Assembly: GCA_028867755.1 (NCBI GenBank)
Contig: JAGWFT010000001.1
Coordinates: 228,727-292,726, forward strand
Direction of reading: 5' to 3'
DNA from: Nitrososphaerota archaeon
GTDB taxonomy: Archaea > Thermoproteota > Nitrososphaeria > Nitrososphaerales > Nitrosopumilaceae
Length of the DNA: 64,000 nt
The notes under the pieces are model-generated. The model ran no database searches and was not told where the DNA came from. It worked only from the letters and a program-made list of their open reading frames with translations. Shown piece after piece: positions 18,555 through 29,079 of the stretch. Each line of letters begins with the position of its first letter. The first letter of the stretch is position 1. The position numbers and the translations under genes were made by a program.

Positions 18555-19094
18555 ATGTTGGTAAAAAAAAGACTCCTGATTTTTCTGATCTTCATTGTAA
18601 TATTTTCCATTGCATATTCTGCCGGCAGTGCAAGCAATCTATCAGAAGATGATTCCAAATCATTTATCAAAGAGTTTCAGCATGTTGTAGAGGGAATAGA
18701 CGCAATCGGCATATTTACTCACAACACATCTGTTGCCCTACCCATGTTTGTGCCAGGTTTTGGAATAATATGGGGATCATTTGCAGCATGGTCTACTGGA
18801 TTGGCTTTCAAGGCTCTTGTGTCTACCACTCCAACACTTGCAAAGCTTCCACCACTTGCCATAATCTATCTCTCGCCTTTTGGCGTAATGGAGTTAATTG
18901 CTTACTCAATTGGAATGTCAAGAAGCTTTCTTCTCATCAATACAATATTGAGAAGAGGATCACTCAAGAAAGAGTTACGCCCCACAGCAATAGAGATAGG
19001 AATTGTAATTGCATTGTTGCTAGCAGCGGCATTTATTGAATATGCCATGATCCAAGAATTTGGTTCAACACTTACTCAGTCAAAAACGCACTAG
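18555..19094 (+). CDS. SpoIIM-like membrane protein
   Basis: IFTHN…PFGVMELIAY…AAFIE pattern, several TM helices. Confidence 0.75.
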   Translation: MLVKKRLLIFLIFIVIFSIAYSAGSASNLSEDDSKSFIKEFQHVVEGIDAIGIFTHNTSVALPMFVPGFGIIWGSFAAWSTGLAFKALVSTTPTLAKLPPLAIIYLSPFGVMELIAYSIGMSRSFLLINTILRRGSLKKELRPTAIEIGIVIALLLAAAFIEYAMIQEFGSTLTQSKTH

Positions 19095-19130
19095 ATTCGT
19101 TTTTATTTTAACATAAAATAATCAAAGACA

Positions 19131-19865
19131 ATGCTCGGTCTTAAGATCCACACACTTCCAAAACTCAACAAACCCACGATGATAGCTGCACTTCCAGACA
19201 TGGGAAATGTTGCTGGAATTGGAATGGATTTTCTTGTAAAAAAATTAAAGGCAAAACTATTTGCAGAGATCTATGCGTTTTGGCCTCCAGCAGTATCGCA
19301 TGAACATGGACTGATAAAATATGAACAATCAAGCTACAAATTTTATTATTTACAGAAGGAAAACCTCGTGTTCTTTTCTGGAGAGTTTAACCCATCTGAT
19401 CCCCGTCGCCTTTACGAATTATGTTATGAGGTAGTTGACATGGCAAAAAAACTCAAAGTAAGTATGCTATATTCCATAGGTGCAGCCTTGCGGCAGCCAA
19501 GTCCTACAGAACCTAAACTGTTTGCCGCTACAACAACACAAAAACATCTAAACTTGTTAAAGAAGGAAAAACTAGAGATTCTCAACGGAAAAGGCCAGAT
19601 TACTGGCTTCAATGGCTTGGTGTTAGGTATTGCAAAAGAAAAACAACTTGATAGCATTTGCATTTTGGTAGAAATAGATAATCCAAATGTCATTCAACCC
19701 AAATCAGCTAAGCTCATACTTGCAAAACTATTGCAAATCTTAGAACTTGAACCACTGGATATGAAAGAATTAGAGGAAGAGGAAAAGAGAAAACAGTTCA
19801 TGGAACAACAGATGAGCTACATGAATGGACTAGCAAAGAAAGACAATCAACCGGGAATTGCCTAA
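19131..19865 (+). CDS. PAC2-family proteasome assembly chaperone-like protein
   Basis: ALPDMGNVAGIG, YSIGA and ITGFNGLVLG motifs. Confidence 0.85.
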   Translation: MLGLKIHTLPKLNKPTMIAALPDMGNVAGIGMDFLVKKLKAKLFAEIYAFWPPAVSHEHGLIKYEQSSYKFYYLQKENLVFFSGEFNPSDPRRLYELCYEVVDMAKKLKVSMLYSIGAALRQPSPTEPKLFAATTTQKHLNLLKKEKLEILNGKGQITGFNGLVLGIAKEKQLDSICILVEIDNPNVIQPKSAKLILAKLLQILELEPLDMKELEEEEKRKQFMEQQMSYMNGLAKKDNQPGIA

Positions 19866-19922
19866 CTGTGTTAAGAAATTATACCTATTCGTTAAATACG
19901 AGTTTTTGCCTTTGCTAATTAA

Positions 19923-21623
19923 ATGAAATCTGGTATCTTGTCTCTAATGGCAATTGCTGTAATTTTAATTATGTTCTGTTTACCTAACAACGCATATTCT
20001 GATTTTGTATCCAACAACAAATATCTGATTCAAGCTACAGGACTTGTATCCGGAACGCAAGACATTCTTGATTCCACAATTGACATACAACTAACTGCAG
20101 GTGCCCAAAGTGGCAGCAGCATACTTTCTACACTAGACAATGGCCTTGTTACAATTAACGGAGACAGTTATCTTAACACTGGCAACTGGACTACAACTCT
20201 GTTACGCGATGGAAAATTCCTTCTTCTACAAGGAAATGCACAAGATCAGCACGGTAACGTGGTACAACTCAATCTCTTTGGAAGACAGATAGACAGCAGC
20301 CAAAATGGTGTTGTTTACAGCATTACTGGTAAGATTACCAGCTCTGAAACCATGCGTGTAATCTACAGTGCAAAAGCAACCGTTGTTGTAAGCACAACAC
20401 CAACACAAACATCAACCAACCAAACAACAACGCAGCAAACACCATCAAATATTGTTAACATAAGCATCGTTGCTGGAGCATCTAACCACAATAATCAAAT
20501 CTTCTTTTCCCCCTCGGCCACCAGTGTGGCTCCTGGCACTGTTATAATCTGGACTAACAATGATAACATGCCTCATAGAATAATCACTGGTGTAGCAACT
20601 GTCATCGGAGGAAATGCTTCATCGCCAAAATTTACTCCTGACGGAATAATCGACAGTGGTATCATAGCTCCTGGCAAATCTTTTCAATATACCCTAACAA
20701 ACTTTAACTCCAAAACATATCTTAGTCCTGCAGCAGCACAATATCTGAATTTACCGCAAGATCAAACTGCTGGCGACATAACCTTCTTTGATCCAAATTA
20801 TACTTGGATGGTAGGAGTGATTAGCCCAACTTCAATTTCAACCCAAACACAAACAGCCCAGATTAACATATTGCAAGGAGCATCTACTGCCACAAATAAT
20901 CAGTATCTCTCCCCACCCTCTGTTCAAATTACGCCAGGCTCTACAGTTGTTTGGGTAAACCATGATTCTGTTGGACATAGAATATTGAGTGGTCAAAGCA
21001 GGCAAAATATTGCAGCAACTGGCAGTATTACACCAACAGGAACTCCAACATCACCATCATTTGTTCCAGATGGAAAGATAGACAGTGGTATCATAGCTCC
21101 CGGCCAAAGTTTCAAGTATACAATAACTGGAAGTGGCACCTTTGCATATTATGATCCCTCAAATACATGGCTAAGCGGAAACATCATTTCGGTTTCACAA
21201 ACATCAACAATGCCACCAGTGCAAGTAAGCATTCTACAGGGCGCGTCAAGGGCACAAGGGTCTGCCTCTCAGCAAAATCAAAACTATGTGAATGGATACT
21301 ATTCTCCAGACCAAATTCAGATAGCACCAGGTACCACAATAATCTGGACTAACAATGATAACGTGGCTCATTCAATATGGAGTGGTGCTGCAACCTTTAG
21401 CACAGTTAATCCATACGTGCCAGATGGCAAGATAAAGAGCGGGTCAATAGCTCCCGGCCAAACTTTTCAGGTTACCATCAACGATACTGGATTGACTAGA
21501 TTCTACGATCCATCATACACATGGATGAATGGCGTAATTGTTTCACTCCCGTCCACGCAGACTCACACGCTCAATTCTGGTGGCTTCCAGAATGGTATCA
21601 ACAAAGCCTGTCCTTTCTGTTAA
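19923..21623 (+). CDS. Secreted protein with three cupredoxin (plastocyanin/azurin-like) domains, canonical Cu ligands substituted
   Basis: Signal peptide; three repeats of F/YSP-x4-I-x-PG-x-T-x-x-W-x-N-x-D-x3-H…PDG-x-IDSG-x-IAPG; C-terminal CPFC. Confidence 0.82.
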   Translation: MKSGILSLMAIAVILIMFCLPNNAYSDFVSNNKYLIQATGLVSGTQDILDSTIDIQLTAGAQSGSSILSTLDNGLVTINGDSYLNTGNWTTTLLRDGKFLLLQGNAQDQHGNVVQLNLFGRQIDSSQNGVVYSITGKITSSETMRVIYSAKATVVVSTTPTQTSTNQTTTQQTPSNIVNISIVAGASNHNNQIFFSPSATSVAPGTVIIWTNNDNMPHRIITGVATVIGGNASSPKFTPDGIIDSGIIAPGKSFQYTLTNFNSKTYLSPAAAQYLNLPQDQTAGDITFFDPNYTWMVGVISPTSISTQTQTAQINILQGASTATNNQYLSPPSVQITPGSTVVWVNHDSVGHRILSGQSRQNIAATGSITPTGTPTSPSFVPDGKIDSGIIAPGQSFKYTITGSGTFAYYDPSNTWLSGNIISVSQTSTMPPVQVSILQGASRAQGSASQQNQNYVNGYYSPDQIQIAPGTTIIWTNNDNVAHSIWSGAATFSTVNPYVPDGKIKSGSIAPGQTFQVTINDTGLTRFYDPSYTWMNGVIVSLPSTQTHTLNSGGFQNGINKACPFC

Positions 21624-21664
21624 GAAAGACGGAACATAGGCTACGCTAGTTAGTAAAAGTAGTA

Positions 21665-22363
21665 TTAGAAATTTATGTATGATTCTAGTCTTGTTTGATC
21701 AAATACCATTACGGAAAGATCAGAAAATTGTTTTCCTTCCAGATCTTTTACTGTTCCAACAAAACAAGTCTCCTTCTCCGTTGTAAGAAACTCAAAGACA
21801 TGCACTTTTATTTTTGAAGTGTCAAACCCATGATTTTTCAAATAGATTGCAATCTCAGACTGCATAAAGTGCTTTGAGGGCTCTTTTGGCCAGGGGCGTG
21901 GCACCAGCACTACACTTAATCCATCTGCCAGTGCTTTTTGGAGCTCAAGCTTCTTTTCTTCTATGCTAGTTGACACATGCATAGTTATCACCCTGCTTTT
22001 GTCAAGTGGTACCCTTGCTTTTGATGCAGCAACTTGCACTGAGCTTATACCTGGAACTACCTGCACATCTCCGAAAATTTCAATTAACCTATCAACAACC
22101 TCTGATTCAGAAAAGTTTACGTCCCCCGTGAATGGTACAACACAAGTCTTGCTCCCAAGAACCTTGGAGACTTTTTGGTATGCTTCTTCCTGATCTTGCA
22201 TCGTTATCTCATAAACCTCTTTATTTTTGATGAGCTCCTCAATAGTTTTGAGAGTATACTTGTAACCTATTACAATGTCAGAATTTGTCACAATTTCCTT
22301 TACTATATCTGTGACATATTCTGGTGAGCCAGGTCCTACTCCCACTGCAAAAACTTTTCCCAT
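21665..22363 (-). CDS. cbiE: Cobalt-precorrin-7/precorrin-6Y C5-methyltransferase
   Basis: Tetrapyrrole methylase fold (AVGVGPG, FTGD, VPGISS); start trimmed to ATG 22363. Confidence 0.75.
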   Translation of the reverse strand: MGKVFAVGVGPGSPEYVTDIVKEIVTNSDIVIGYKYTLKTIEELIKNKEVYEITMQDQEEAYQKVSKVLGSKTCVVPFTGDVNFSESEVVDRLIEIFGDVQVVPGISSVQVAASKARVPLDKSRVITMHVSTSIEEKKLELQKALADGLSVVLVPRPWPKEPSKHFMQSEIAIYLKNHGFDTSKIKVHVFEFLTTEKETCFVGTVKDLEGKQFSDLSVMVFDQTRLESYINF

Positions 22364-22446
22364 AAAGACATCTTTTGTAATGTTCAATATAATTCACAAT
22401 TTGGAAACACAATTAGCTTTTATTTGCGAGCTCAAAGTCTTTATCA

Positions 22447-23136
22447 TTGAATAACACAATAATCCCAGTCTCTCTCCTTTTGATTCTGGTTAGTTTTGTT
22501 CCAATCTCTTCTGCAAGTATGCAAAACTCTACATTGGATTCACAGGGAAACTATGCAAATCTATCTCTTGGTATAACATTTCAGGCCCCTGCTGGCTGGA
22601 CAGTCCAAGAACCAAAAAAATCCCAGCCTGATGCACCAGACATTGCCGTGATTGCTCCATACTCTGGTGGATTTACACCATCAATTTCATTTACCATTGA
22701 GAAATCAAATGGGACAACACTTGATGATTATATAAAAAATAAAAACAGTCAATTGATTAATGCCAGCCAGTCAAGCAACATATTATTTCTGTCAGAACAA
22801 GACGGAACAATTGGTGGAGTTGATGCCAAAATATCATTGTTGCAAGAAAATTTTACTTCGCAAAACAGCAGTAATGCAATAAGATTCAAACAGGCAACAG
22901 TTCTGACAAATAATGAATTTTATACAATAACTTATGCAAATAAGGAATCAAATTTTGACAGCGATTTATCAAGCTATGATCAGCTATTGGGCTCTATCAA
23001 ATTTATGAGCAATGACACATCTTTTTCTTGGACTGGCTATCTTTTCATTGGCATAGCAGGGGCTGCGCTTATTGCAGGTGCGATAATCGCAATTAAAAGA
23101 AAATCATCACAAAAAAATATCTCCTCAGATAAATAA
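22447..23136 (+). CDS. Exported PsbP/DcrB-like protein with C-terminal TM anchor
   Basis: Signal peptide, GITFQAPAGW, FYTITYA motifs, TM helix followed by basic tail. Confidence 0.7.
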   Translation: MNNTIIPVSLLLILVSFVPISSASMQNSTLDSQGNYANLSLGITFQAPAGWTVQEPKKSQPDAPDIAVIAPYSGGFTPSISFTIEKSNGTTLDDYIKNKNSQLINASQSSNILFLSEQDGTIGGVDAKISLLQENFTSQNSSNAIRFKQATVLTNNEFYTITYANKESNFDSDLSSYDQLLGSIKFMSNDTSFSWTGYLFIGIAGAALIAGAIIAIKRKSSQKNISSDK

Positions 23137-23240
23137 AAACAAGTTACTATTCGTGAGTAATATGGTCCATATCTATACAGAAAAAACATAGTAGGATAGA
23201 TGAGAGAAAGATAAAATACGGTGTTTGGAGAACATAGGGT

Positions 23241-23564
23241 ATGAAAAAGGAGTACATTGTAGTAAGGATTGAGAGCTCCCCTGATGGTGCACCATACGTA
23301 GTAGTCTCTCTATCCTCTTCTAAAGATTTCAAAGAGCAAAATAGCACCCCAATGTCTCCCTTTGGCTCTGGCGTCATGGGATTTACCAATATGGATGACA
23401 TGATAAAGGGCCTTAACAAAATGATGGCAGGAGGCGGCATGGGAGGAATGGGAAGCGGAATTACCTCTATCAAACTAGATATGCATGAATACAAGGAGCT
23501 AAACCTTTCAGTGGGAGACAAGGTATATCTAGAAATAACAAGAGCCGAGTCTCTTGGAATTTAG
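23241..23564 (+). CDS. Conserved hypothetical protein (possible OB/arcadin-1-like fold)
   Basis: LNLSVGDKV beta motif and Gly/Met-rich insert; family assignment tentative. Confidence 0.65.
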   Translation: MKKEYIVVRIESSPDGAPYVVVSLSSSKDFKEQNSTPMSPFGSGVMGFTNMDDMIKGLNKMMAGGGMGGMGSGITSIKLDMHEYKELNLSVGDKVYLEITRAESLGI

Positions 23565-23571
23565 GATTATA

Positions 23572-24234
23572 CTATCGGGAAATTTCTCCGCGCAGGATTT
23601 CATATGCCCTTGCGGCGTCCTTTTCATGTAACACTAGGACAATATCGTCTTGTCCAAAAAAGGCATTAACAAGCTCAATTCCGCTATCATGAAGAATTTC
23701 CGATACATACGATACTACGTCTGACTCATTTTCTGACTGGGGTATGTGAATGCTTATCTTTGCAAGCCCAGTTTGGAAAAAGTTTTTGTGTGAAGAAAAG
23801 GATTCCAGCAATTTTCTTACATCACTAATGTCTTCAGTTAGGAACCTAAACGAGTCTGTGAACCTAAAAAATTCGTAATTTGGATCAGCTCTGGTAAATC
23901 CATCCATCAACGCCCTTACATCCTCCATTCCAAAATCTTGCGAGGAAAATTTGATATCTAGTATTCCATCGGTAAGCGAGAGTCTGGCATTTTTTAGCAC
24001 TGGCTCGCTTTGCACATCATCTTTTTTCTCAAAAGAATCTGCATATCTCTTGATTGCTACCACGATAGTGTTGAGGTTTACAGAACCGCCAACTTGAGTC
24101 TCCACCTCTTTTTGGATCTTCACAGCAAGTGCCGTATAGTTTACCAAATCCATCTTGATGCAATCGTAAATTGACCTGTTCTTGGTGATTATCTCTCTGA
24201 CTGCATCAGGAACAGAAAGATTAACCGTACGCAT
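23572..24234 (-). CDS. ACT-domain regulatory protein
   Basis: N-terminal helical domain plus C-terminal ACT-like segment (ILHDSGIELVNAF…IVLVLHEKDAARAYEIL). Confidence 0.75.
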   Translation of the reverse strand: MRTVNLSVPDAVREIITKNRSIYDCIKMDLVNYTALAVKIQKEVETQVGGSVNLNTIVVAIKRYADSFEKKDDVQSEPVLKNARLSLTDGILDIKFSSQDFGMEDVRALMDGFTRADPNYEFFRFTDSFRFLTEDISDVRKLLESFSSHKNFFQTGLAKISIHIPQSENESDVVSYVSEILHDSGIELVNAFFGQDDIVLVLHEKDAARAYEILRGEISR

Positions 24235-24342
24235 ATAGGAATATGAACTGTCATCTATATTAGCCTATGTAATAATCATATATCATAACCACATAATATT
24301 TATATAATGTCATGAATATTACATAGTATAAGTGATTATGAC

Positions 24343-24843
24343 ATGATAGAACAAGATGAGTTTGACAACCTCTTCCAAAGAATGCTACGACCTTTCAAAG
24401 GTCTAGATAACATATGGGATGAGCTAGAAGGTTCTGCTAACCTGCAGACGTTTGGTCCATACTATTATGGTTACACGGCAACGATAGGACCAGATGGCAA
24501 GCCAGTGGTAAGAGAATACGGAAACATACGACCAGGTCTTCTTCCAGCTGTAGAAACAAGAGAACCCTTTGCAGATGTTATCGTAGATGACAAAGAGAAG
24601 GTTCTGAAAGTTGTGGCTGAAATGCCAGGAGTAGAGAAGAAGGACATCAAGATCGAAGTAGTCGGTCGTACGATCTTAATTGATGCAGAACATGAAGAAA
24701 GAAAATACCACACCAAGATTCCCATCAAGCAAAAGGTTGACGAAAATTCTGTCAAGGCAACCTATGCCAACGGAATTCTTGAAGTGAGGTTCAAGCTAAA
24801 GGAAGAGGAAAGACCTCGAGGCAAAACAGTAGAGGTTGAATAA
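24343..24843 (+). CDS. hsp20: Small heat-shock protein Hsp20
   Basis: Alpha-crystallin domain ([12 protein letters not shown]…[10 protein letters not shown]), C-terminal V-x-V. Confidence 0.95.
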   Translation: MIEQDEFDNLFQRMLRPFKGLDNIWDELEGSANLQTFGPYYYGYTATIGPDGKPVVREYGNIRPGLLPAVETREPFADVIVDDKEKVLKVVAEMPGVEKKDIKIEVVGRTILIDAEHEERKYHTKIPIKQKVDENSVKATYANGILEVRFKLKEEERPRGKTVEVE

Positions 24844-24872
24844 CTCCCTTTCTTTTTTATGGTGATAAAATT

Positions 24873-27014
24873 ATGAGCGAAATTATATTAAGAATTGCAG
24901 AGGCGTCACAACGACATGTAGGCAAAGGAATTGCCGTAGTTGATCCAAAAGTTGTTGAAGGCAACAACTGGGAAACAGGCAATATCCTGGAGCTAATAGG
25001 GAATAGAAAAAGCCATGCAAAGCTATGGCCAGGCTCTGCCGAGCAATATGGGACTGGAATCATAAAGATAGATGGAATCACAAGACAAAACATTGGTTCT
25101 GGAATAGGAGAAAAAATTTCCATAAAGAAAGTTGATGCACAGAAAGCTGAACAAGTTACACTCTCTCCAATTGAAAAGCTAAGCGCCGAAGGCCTGCAAG
25201 AATACATGCAAGCAAATTACATCGGGCATGTATTGACTACTGGGGATACTCTTATAGTAGCTACACAACTTGGTGGAAAAACCCAACTCGTGGTAACAAA
25301 CACTGCACCATCTGGTAAACCTGTCATAGTTTCCGAGAAGACTGAGTTCAAGCTAGGATCGATGACAAAAGCCATTGACAACTCAGTCCCTAGGATCACA
25401 TATGATGATCTGGGTGGCCTCAAAAATGAGGTGCAGAAGATACGCGAGATGGTGGAACTTCCCATGAGACATCCTGAATTGTTTGAGAAGATTGGAGTTG
25501 AGGCACCCAAAGGAGTACTGCTTTATGGACCGCCAGGCACTGGAAAGACACTGCTAGCAAAGGCTGTTGCAGGTGAGACAAATTCTCACTTTATCTCAAT
25601 TAGTGGACCTGAGATAATAGGCAAATTCTATGGTGAGAGCGAGGAAAGATTGCGTGAACTATTCAAGCAGGCTGAAGAAAATACTCCAAGCATAATTTTC
25701 ATAGACGAGGTTGACTCGATCGCGCCAAAACGGGAGGAAGTAACAGGCGAGGTGGAAAAAAGAGTGGTATCGCAGTTGTTGACACTAATGGACGGAATGA
25801 AATCAAGGGGCAAGGTAGTAGTAATTGCTGCCACTAACAGGCCAGACTCGATTGATCCAGCACTTAGAAGACCTGGCAGATTTGATCGTGAAATCGAAAT
25901 AGGAATACCAGACACTGCTGGAAGAAAAGATATACTTGATATCCATACGCGCGGAATGCCGCTTGATGAAAAGGTAAAGCTTGAACAAATTGCCAAGGTG
26001 ACTCATGGATTTGTTGGAGCTGACCTTGAGATTCTTGCAAAAGAAGCTGCAATGAGATCTCTGCGAAGAATATTGCCTGATATTGATCTAGAAGAAGAAA
26101 AAATTCCAGCAGAAGTTTTGCAAAGAATTGTGATTACTGAAAATGACTTTAAAGATGCACTAAAAGAGGTTCGACCATCTGCGCTAAGGGAAGTTCTAGT
26201 TCAGGTGCCCAATGTTACATGGGAAGATATTGGTGGATTAGAATCGTTAAAGGACGAGCTTCATGAGGCAGTAGAGTGGCCTCTAAAACACAAAAATGCA
26301 TTTGAGTATACAGATGTCAAGGCACCAAAAGGAGTACTGCTTTATGGACCACCAGGCACTGGAAAGACGCTAATTGCAAAAGCAGTTGCCTATACAACAG
26401 AATCTAATTTCATAAGCATCAAGGGCCCAGAATTGCTCTCAAAATGGGTTGGCGAATCAGAAAAAGGAATACGCGAGATCTTCAGAAAAGCACGTCAGGC
26501 TGCACCATGCATAATATTTCTCGATGAGATGGATTCTCTAGCTCCTAGCAGAGGCTCTGGCAGTTCAGATTCAAACGTTACAGAAAGAATAGTATCACAA
26601 CTCTTGACAGAGATTGATGGTCTTGAAGAGTTGAATGATGTATTGGTGATTGGAGCTACCAACAGAGTGGACTTGATAGACAGCGCATTGCTAAGACCAG
26701 GCAGATTTGACAGAATACTTGAAGTATCATTACCAGACCCAAAGGGGCGCGAACACATCTTTAAGATACACACAAAAAACAAGCCAATTGCAAGCAACAT
26801 AGATTTTGCAAGATTGGTAAAGATAGCTGATGGATTCAGTGGCGCAGAAATTGAAGGTGTATGCAACAGGGCTGCAATGAGTGCAATAAGGAGATACGTT
26901 AACAATGGAGAAAAATCGGTCAAATCAATAAAGATAACTCAAGAAGACTTTGAAAATGCAATAGAAAAATTGCGACCAAGAAAGATCAATCCACTACAAG
27001 CTATGACATTATAG
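24873..27014 (+). CDS. cdc48: Cdc48/VCP-family AAA+ ATPase
   Basis: N domain plus two AAA modules (GPPGTGKT twice, DEVD/DEMD, RPGRFD twice). Confidence 0.96.
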   Translation: MSEIILRIAEASQRHVGKGIAVVDPKVVEGNNWETGNILELIGNRKSHAKLWPGSAEQYGTGIIKIDGITRQNIGSGIGEKISIKKVDAQKAEQVTLSPIEKLSAEGLQEYMQANYIGHVLTTGDTLIVATQLGGKTQLVVTNTAPSGKPVIVSEKTEFKLGSMTKAIDNSVPRITYDDLGGLKNEVQKIREMVELPMRHPELFEKIGVEAPKGVLLYGPPGTGKTLLAKAVAGETNSHFISISGPEIIGKFYGESEERLRELFKQAEENTPSIIFIDEVDSIAPKREEVTGEVEKRVVSQLLTLMDGMKSRGKVVVIAATNRPDSIDPALRRPGRFDREIEIGIPDTAGRKDILDIHTRGMPLDEKVKLEQIAKVTHGFVGADLEILAKEAAMRSLRRILPDIDLEEEKIPAEVLQRIVITENDFKDALKEVRPSALREVLVQVPNVTWEDIGGLESLKDELHEAVEWPLKHKNAFEYTDVKAPKGVLLYGPPGTGKTLIAKAVAYTTESNFISIKGPELLSKWVGESEKGIREIFRKARQAAPCIIFLDEMDSLAPSRGSGSSDSNVTERIVSQLLTEIDGLEELNDVLVIGATNRVDLIDSALLRPGRFDRILEVSLPDPKGREHIFKIHTKNKPIASNIDFARLVKIADGFSGAEIEGVCNRAAMSAIRRYVNNGEKSVKSIKITQEDFENAIEKLRPRKINPLQAMTL

Positions 27015-27045
27015 CTTATATGATTAAATCAAGTTAAAAGAAACA

Positions 27046-28104
27046 ACGGCAAAAGAAGCAATTCTGTATCAAAAACTACCTGACGACAAGGTAAGGTGTA
27101 CAGCTTGTGCTAGGTATTGCGAGATTGGAAAAAACCAGATTGGTCTTTGTGGTATAAGAGCAAACAACAACGGCAGACTTGATCTTTTGGCTTATGGAAA
27201 AGTAATAACTGGTCATGTTGACCCAATCGAGAAAAAACCTGTAACACATTACAGGCCTGGAACCAGCATATTTTCCATTGCTACTACGGGCTGCAACTGG
27301 CTTTGCAAATATTGTCAGAATTATGATATCAGTCAGAGAAGGAAGATTGAGGGAACCGATATGACGCCTGAAGAGGTGGTAAGCATGGCTAAAAGCTCAG
27401 GCTCTCAAGGCATTGCATACACATACAACCAACCATCGATCTTCATCGAGTTTGCAAGAGATTGTGGTGTAATTGCAAGAAGAAATGGATTATTCAACAT
27501 ATTTGTATCAAATGGTTACGACACCCCGGAGACTGTACACATGATGAAAGAGTTTCTTGACTGCATAACAGTAGACTTTAAGGGAAATGCAGAGCCGCAA
27601 TTTACACGAAGATATGTCGGCGTTCCAGATCCTCAACCTATCTTTGATACTCTCAAGGAAATAAGAGACAAGACAACAATTCATGTGGAAATCACTGATC
27701 TAATAGTCCCCCAGGTGGGCGATGACTTGGAGCATGCAGTTAAACTTTGCAAATTTATTTATGATGAATTTGGGCCTGACATGCCAATTCATTTTCTAAG
27801 ATTTCATCCAGATTACAAAATGATGGAATTTGAATCAACACCAATCAAGACACTTGAGAAACACCATGCAGTGGCAAAAAAAGAGGGCCTCAAGTATGCC
27901 TATCTGGGAAATGTCCCAGGACATCACCTTGAGCATACGTATTGTCCAGAATGCAAAAAAATTGTAGTAAAAAGATATGGCTTTGATATCCAAGGATGGT
28001 ATCTTGATGATAACAACAACTGCAAGTTTTGTGGTAACAATATACCAATAACAGGAAAGCTGACAGAAAATTACAAGCAGAACAGATTCCAGTTTGTGTT
28101 CTAG
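27046..28104 (+). CDS. AmmeMemoRadiSam-type radical SAM enzyme
   Basis: CNWLCKYC (CxxxCxxC) and C-terminal CPEC…CKFC; conserved N-terminal CTACARYC…GLCGIR lies upstream of track start 27187, exact start uncertain. Confidence 0.85.
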   Translation, partial: TAKEAILYQKLPDDKVRCTACARYCEIGKNQIGLCGIRANNNGRLDLLAYGKVITGHVDPIEKKPVTHYRPGTSIFSIATTGCNWLCKYCQNYDISQRRKIEGTDMTPEEVVSMAKSSGSQGIAYTYNQPSIFIEFARDCGVIARRNGLFNIFVSNGYDTPETVHMMKEFLDCITVDFKGNAEPQFTRRYVGVPDPQPIFDTLKEIRDKTTIHVEITDLIVPQVGDDLEHAVKLCKFIYDEFGPDMPIHFLRFHPDYKMMEFESTPIKTLEKHHAVAKKEGLKYAYLGNVPGHHLEHTYCPECKKIVVKRYGFDIQGWYLDDNNNCKFCGNNIPITGKLTENYKQNRFQFVF

Positions 28105-28790
28105 AGTGCAACAGCTCTAACAGGGGAGCCAGTAGCGCCCTTTAGCTTGAGGGGCAATACTGTGAGCTTGAAAGTAGTCCTTTTGATCCTGTCAAGATTA
28201 CACAGGTTTTCTAAAATCAAAACATTGTTCTTCAATAATACATGATGGGCAGAATACTTTGAATCCTTTCCCAAATCAATGCTAGGCGAGTCTATGCCTA
28301 TGAGATTAATTTTCTTTTCTGAAAGATACTTTGCTGCACTTGCTGAAAGCCCTGGATTTTTTGTGAAATAGTCCTTTCTTGTTATGTTTTTTGCCCATCC
28401 AGTCCTGAAGATTATGGTTGAATTTGGTGATATCTTGCCATTTCTTGCCTCAAAGGCAACAATATCGCTTTGGGTGATTGACCCGTTAGGACCCTTTTTT
28501 ATATTGCATAAAATTGCAGTGGTAATCAACCGGCTAAGGGGAATGCTGTCTATCTTGAACCCTTTTTCTATAAAGTGATACGGTGCATCAAGATGGGTCC
28601 CAGAATGAGAACTAAAGAAAATTAATTCAAGATTGTATCCGTCGGACTTTTTATCTGCCCATGAAATGAATTGAGGGCGTGGAGAACCTGGAAAACTTGG
28701 AAGCTTGTTTGAAATTTCAAGTGTTAGGTCAATTGGTTCCACCAAATTAATTGGAACTGGTGATAAATCAATTTTGATATTCATAACCAA
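28101..28790 (-). CDS. Metal-dependent cyclase/kynurenine formamidase-family hydrolase
   Basis: HSGTHLDAPYH (HxGTHxDxPxH), GIDSPSID, ILENL, GSPVRAVA. Confidence 0.9.
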   Translation of the reverse strand: MVMNIKIDLSPVPINLVEPIDLTLEISNKLPSFPGSPRPQFISWADKKSDGYNLELIFFSSHSGTHLDAPYHFIEKGFKIDSIPLSRLITTAILCNIKKGPNGSITQSDIVAFEARNGKISPNSTIIFRTGWAKNITRKDYFTKNPGLSASAAKYLSEKKINLIGIDSPSIDLGKDSKYSAHHVLLKNNVLILENLCNLDRIKRTTFKLTVLPLKLKGATGSPVRAVAL

Positions 28791-28821
28791 AGGTTAAATA
28801 TTGTGCGGCGAGAATTACTTT

Positions 28822-29079
28822 ATGCCAACTACTTACATCTTGATAAATTCTGATCTAGGTTCTGATATGGAGATAATTCAGAAGATAAAGGACATGCTGA
28901 GCAAGGAAAGCTCTGTAAAATATGAGGTTCAGGGAGTCTATGGTGTTTATGACATAATAATCAAGATCAGTGCAAACTCGATGGATCAGTTAAGAAGCAT
29001 GATAACTGATAAGATAAGAAAGATAGACAAGGTCTACTCTACCCTTACAATGATGGTAATAGAAGAGCAGGAAAAGTAA
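28822..29079 (+). CDS. Lrp/AsnC ligand-binding-domain protein
   Basis: VYGVYDIIIKI…IRKIDKVYSTLTM pattern, no HTH; start trimmed to ATG 28822. Confidence 0.87.
   Translation: MPTTYILINSDLGSDMEIIQKIKDMLSKESSVKYEVQGVYGVYDIIIKISANSMDQLRSMITDKIRKIDKVYSTLTMMVIEEQEK

Noticed and set aside
23147-23521. 124-aa minus-strand ORF opposite 23241..23564
   Set aside because: Antisense to a better-supported ORF; its Pro-rich stretch mirrors the Gly/Met codons of the real gene
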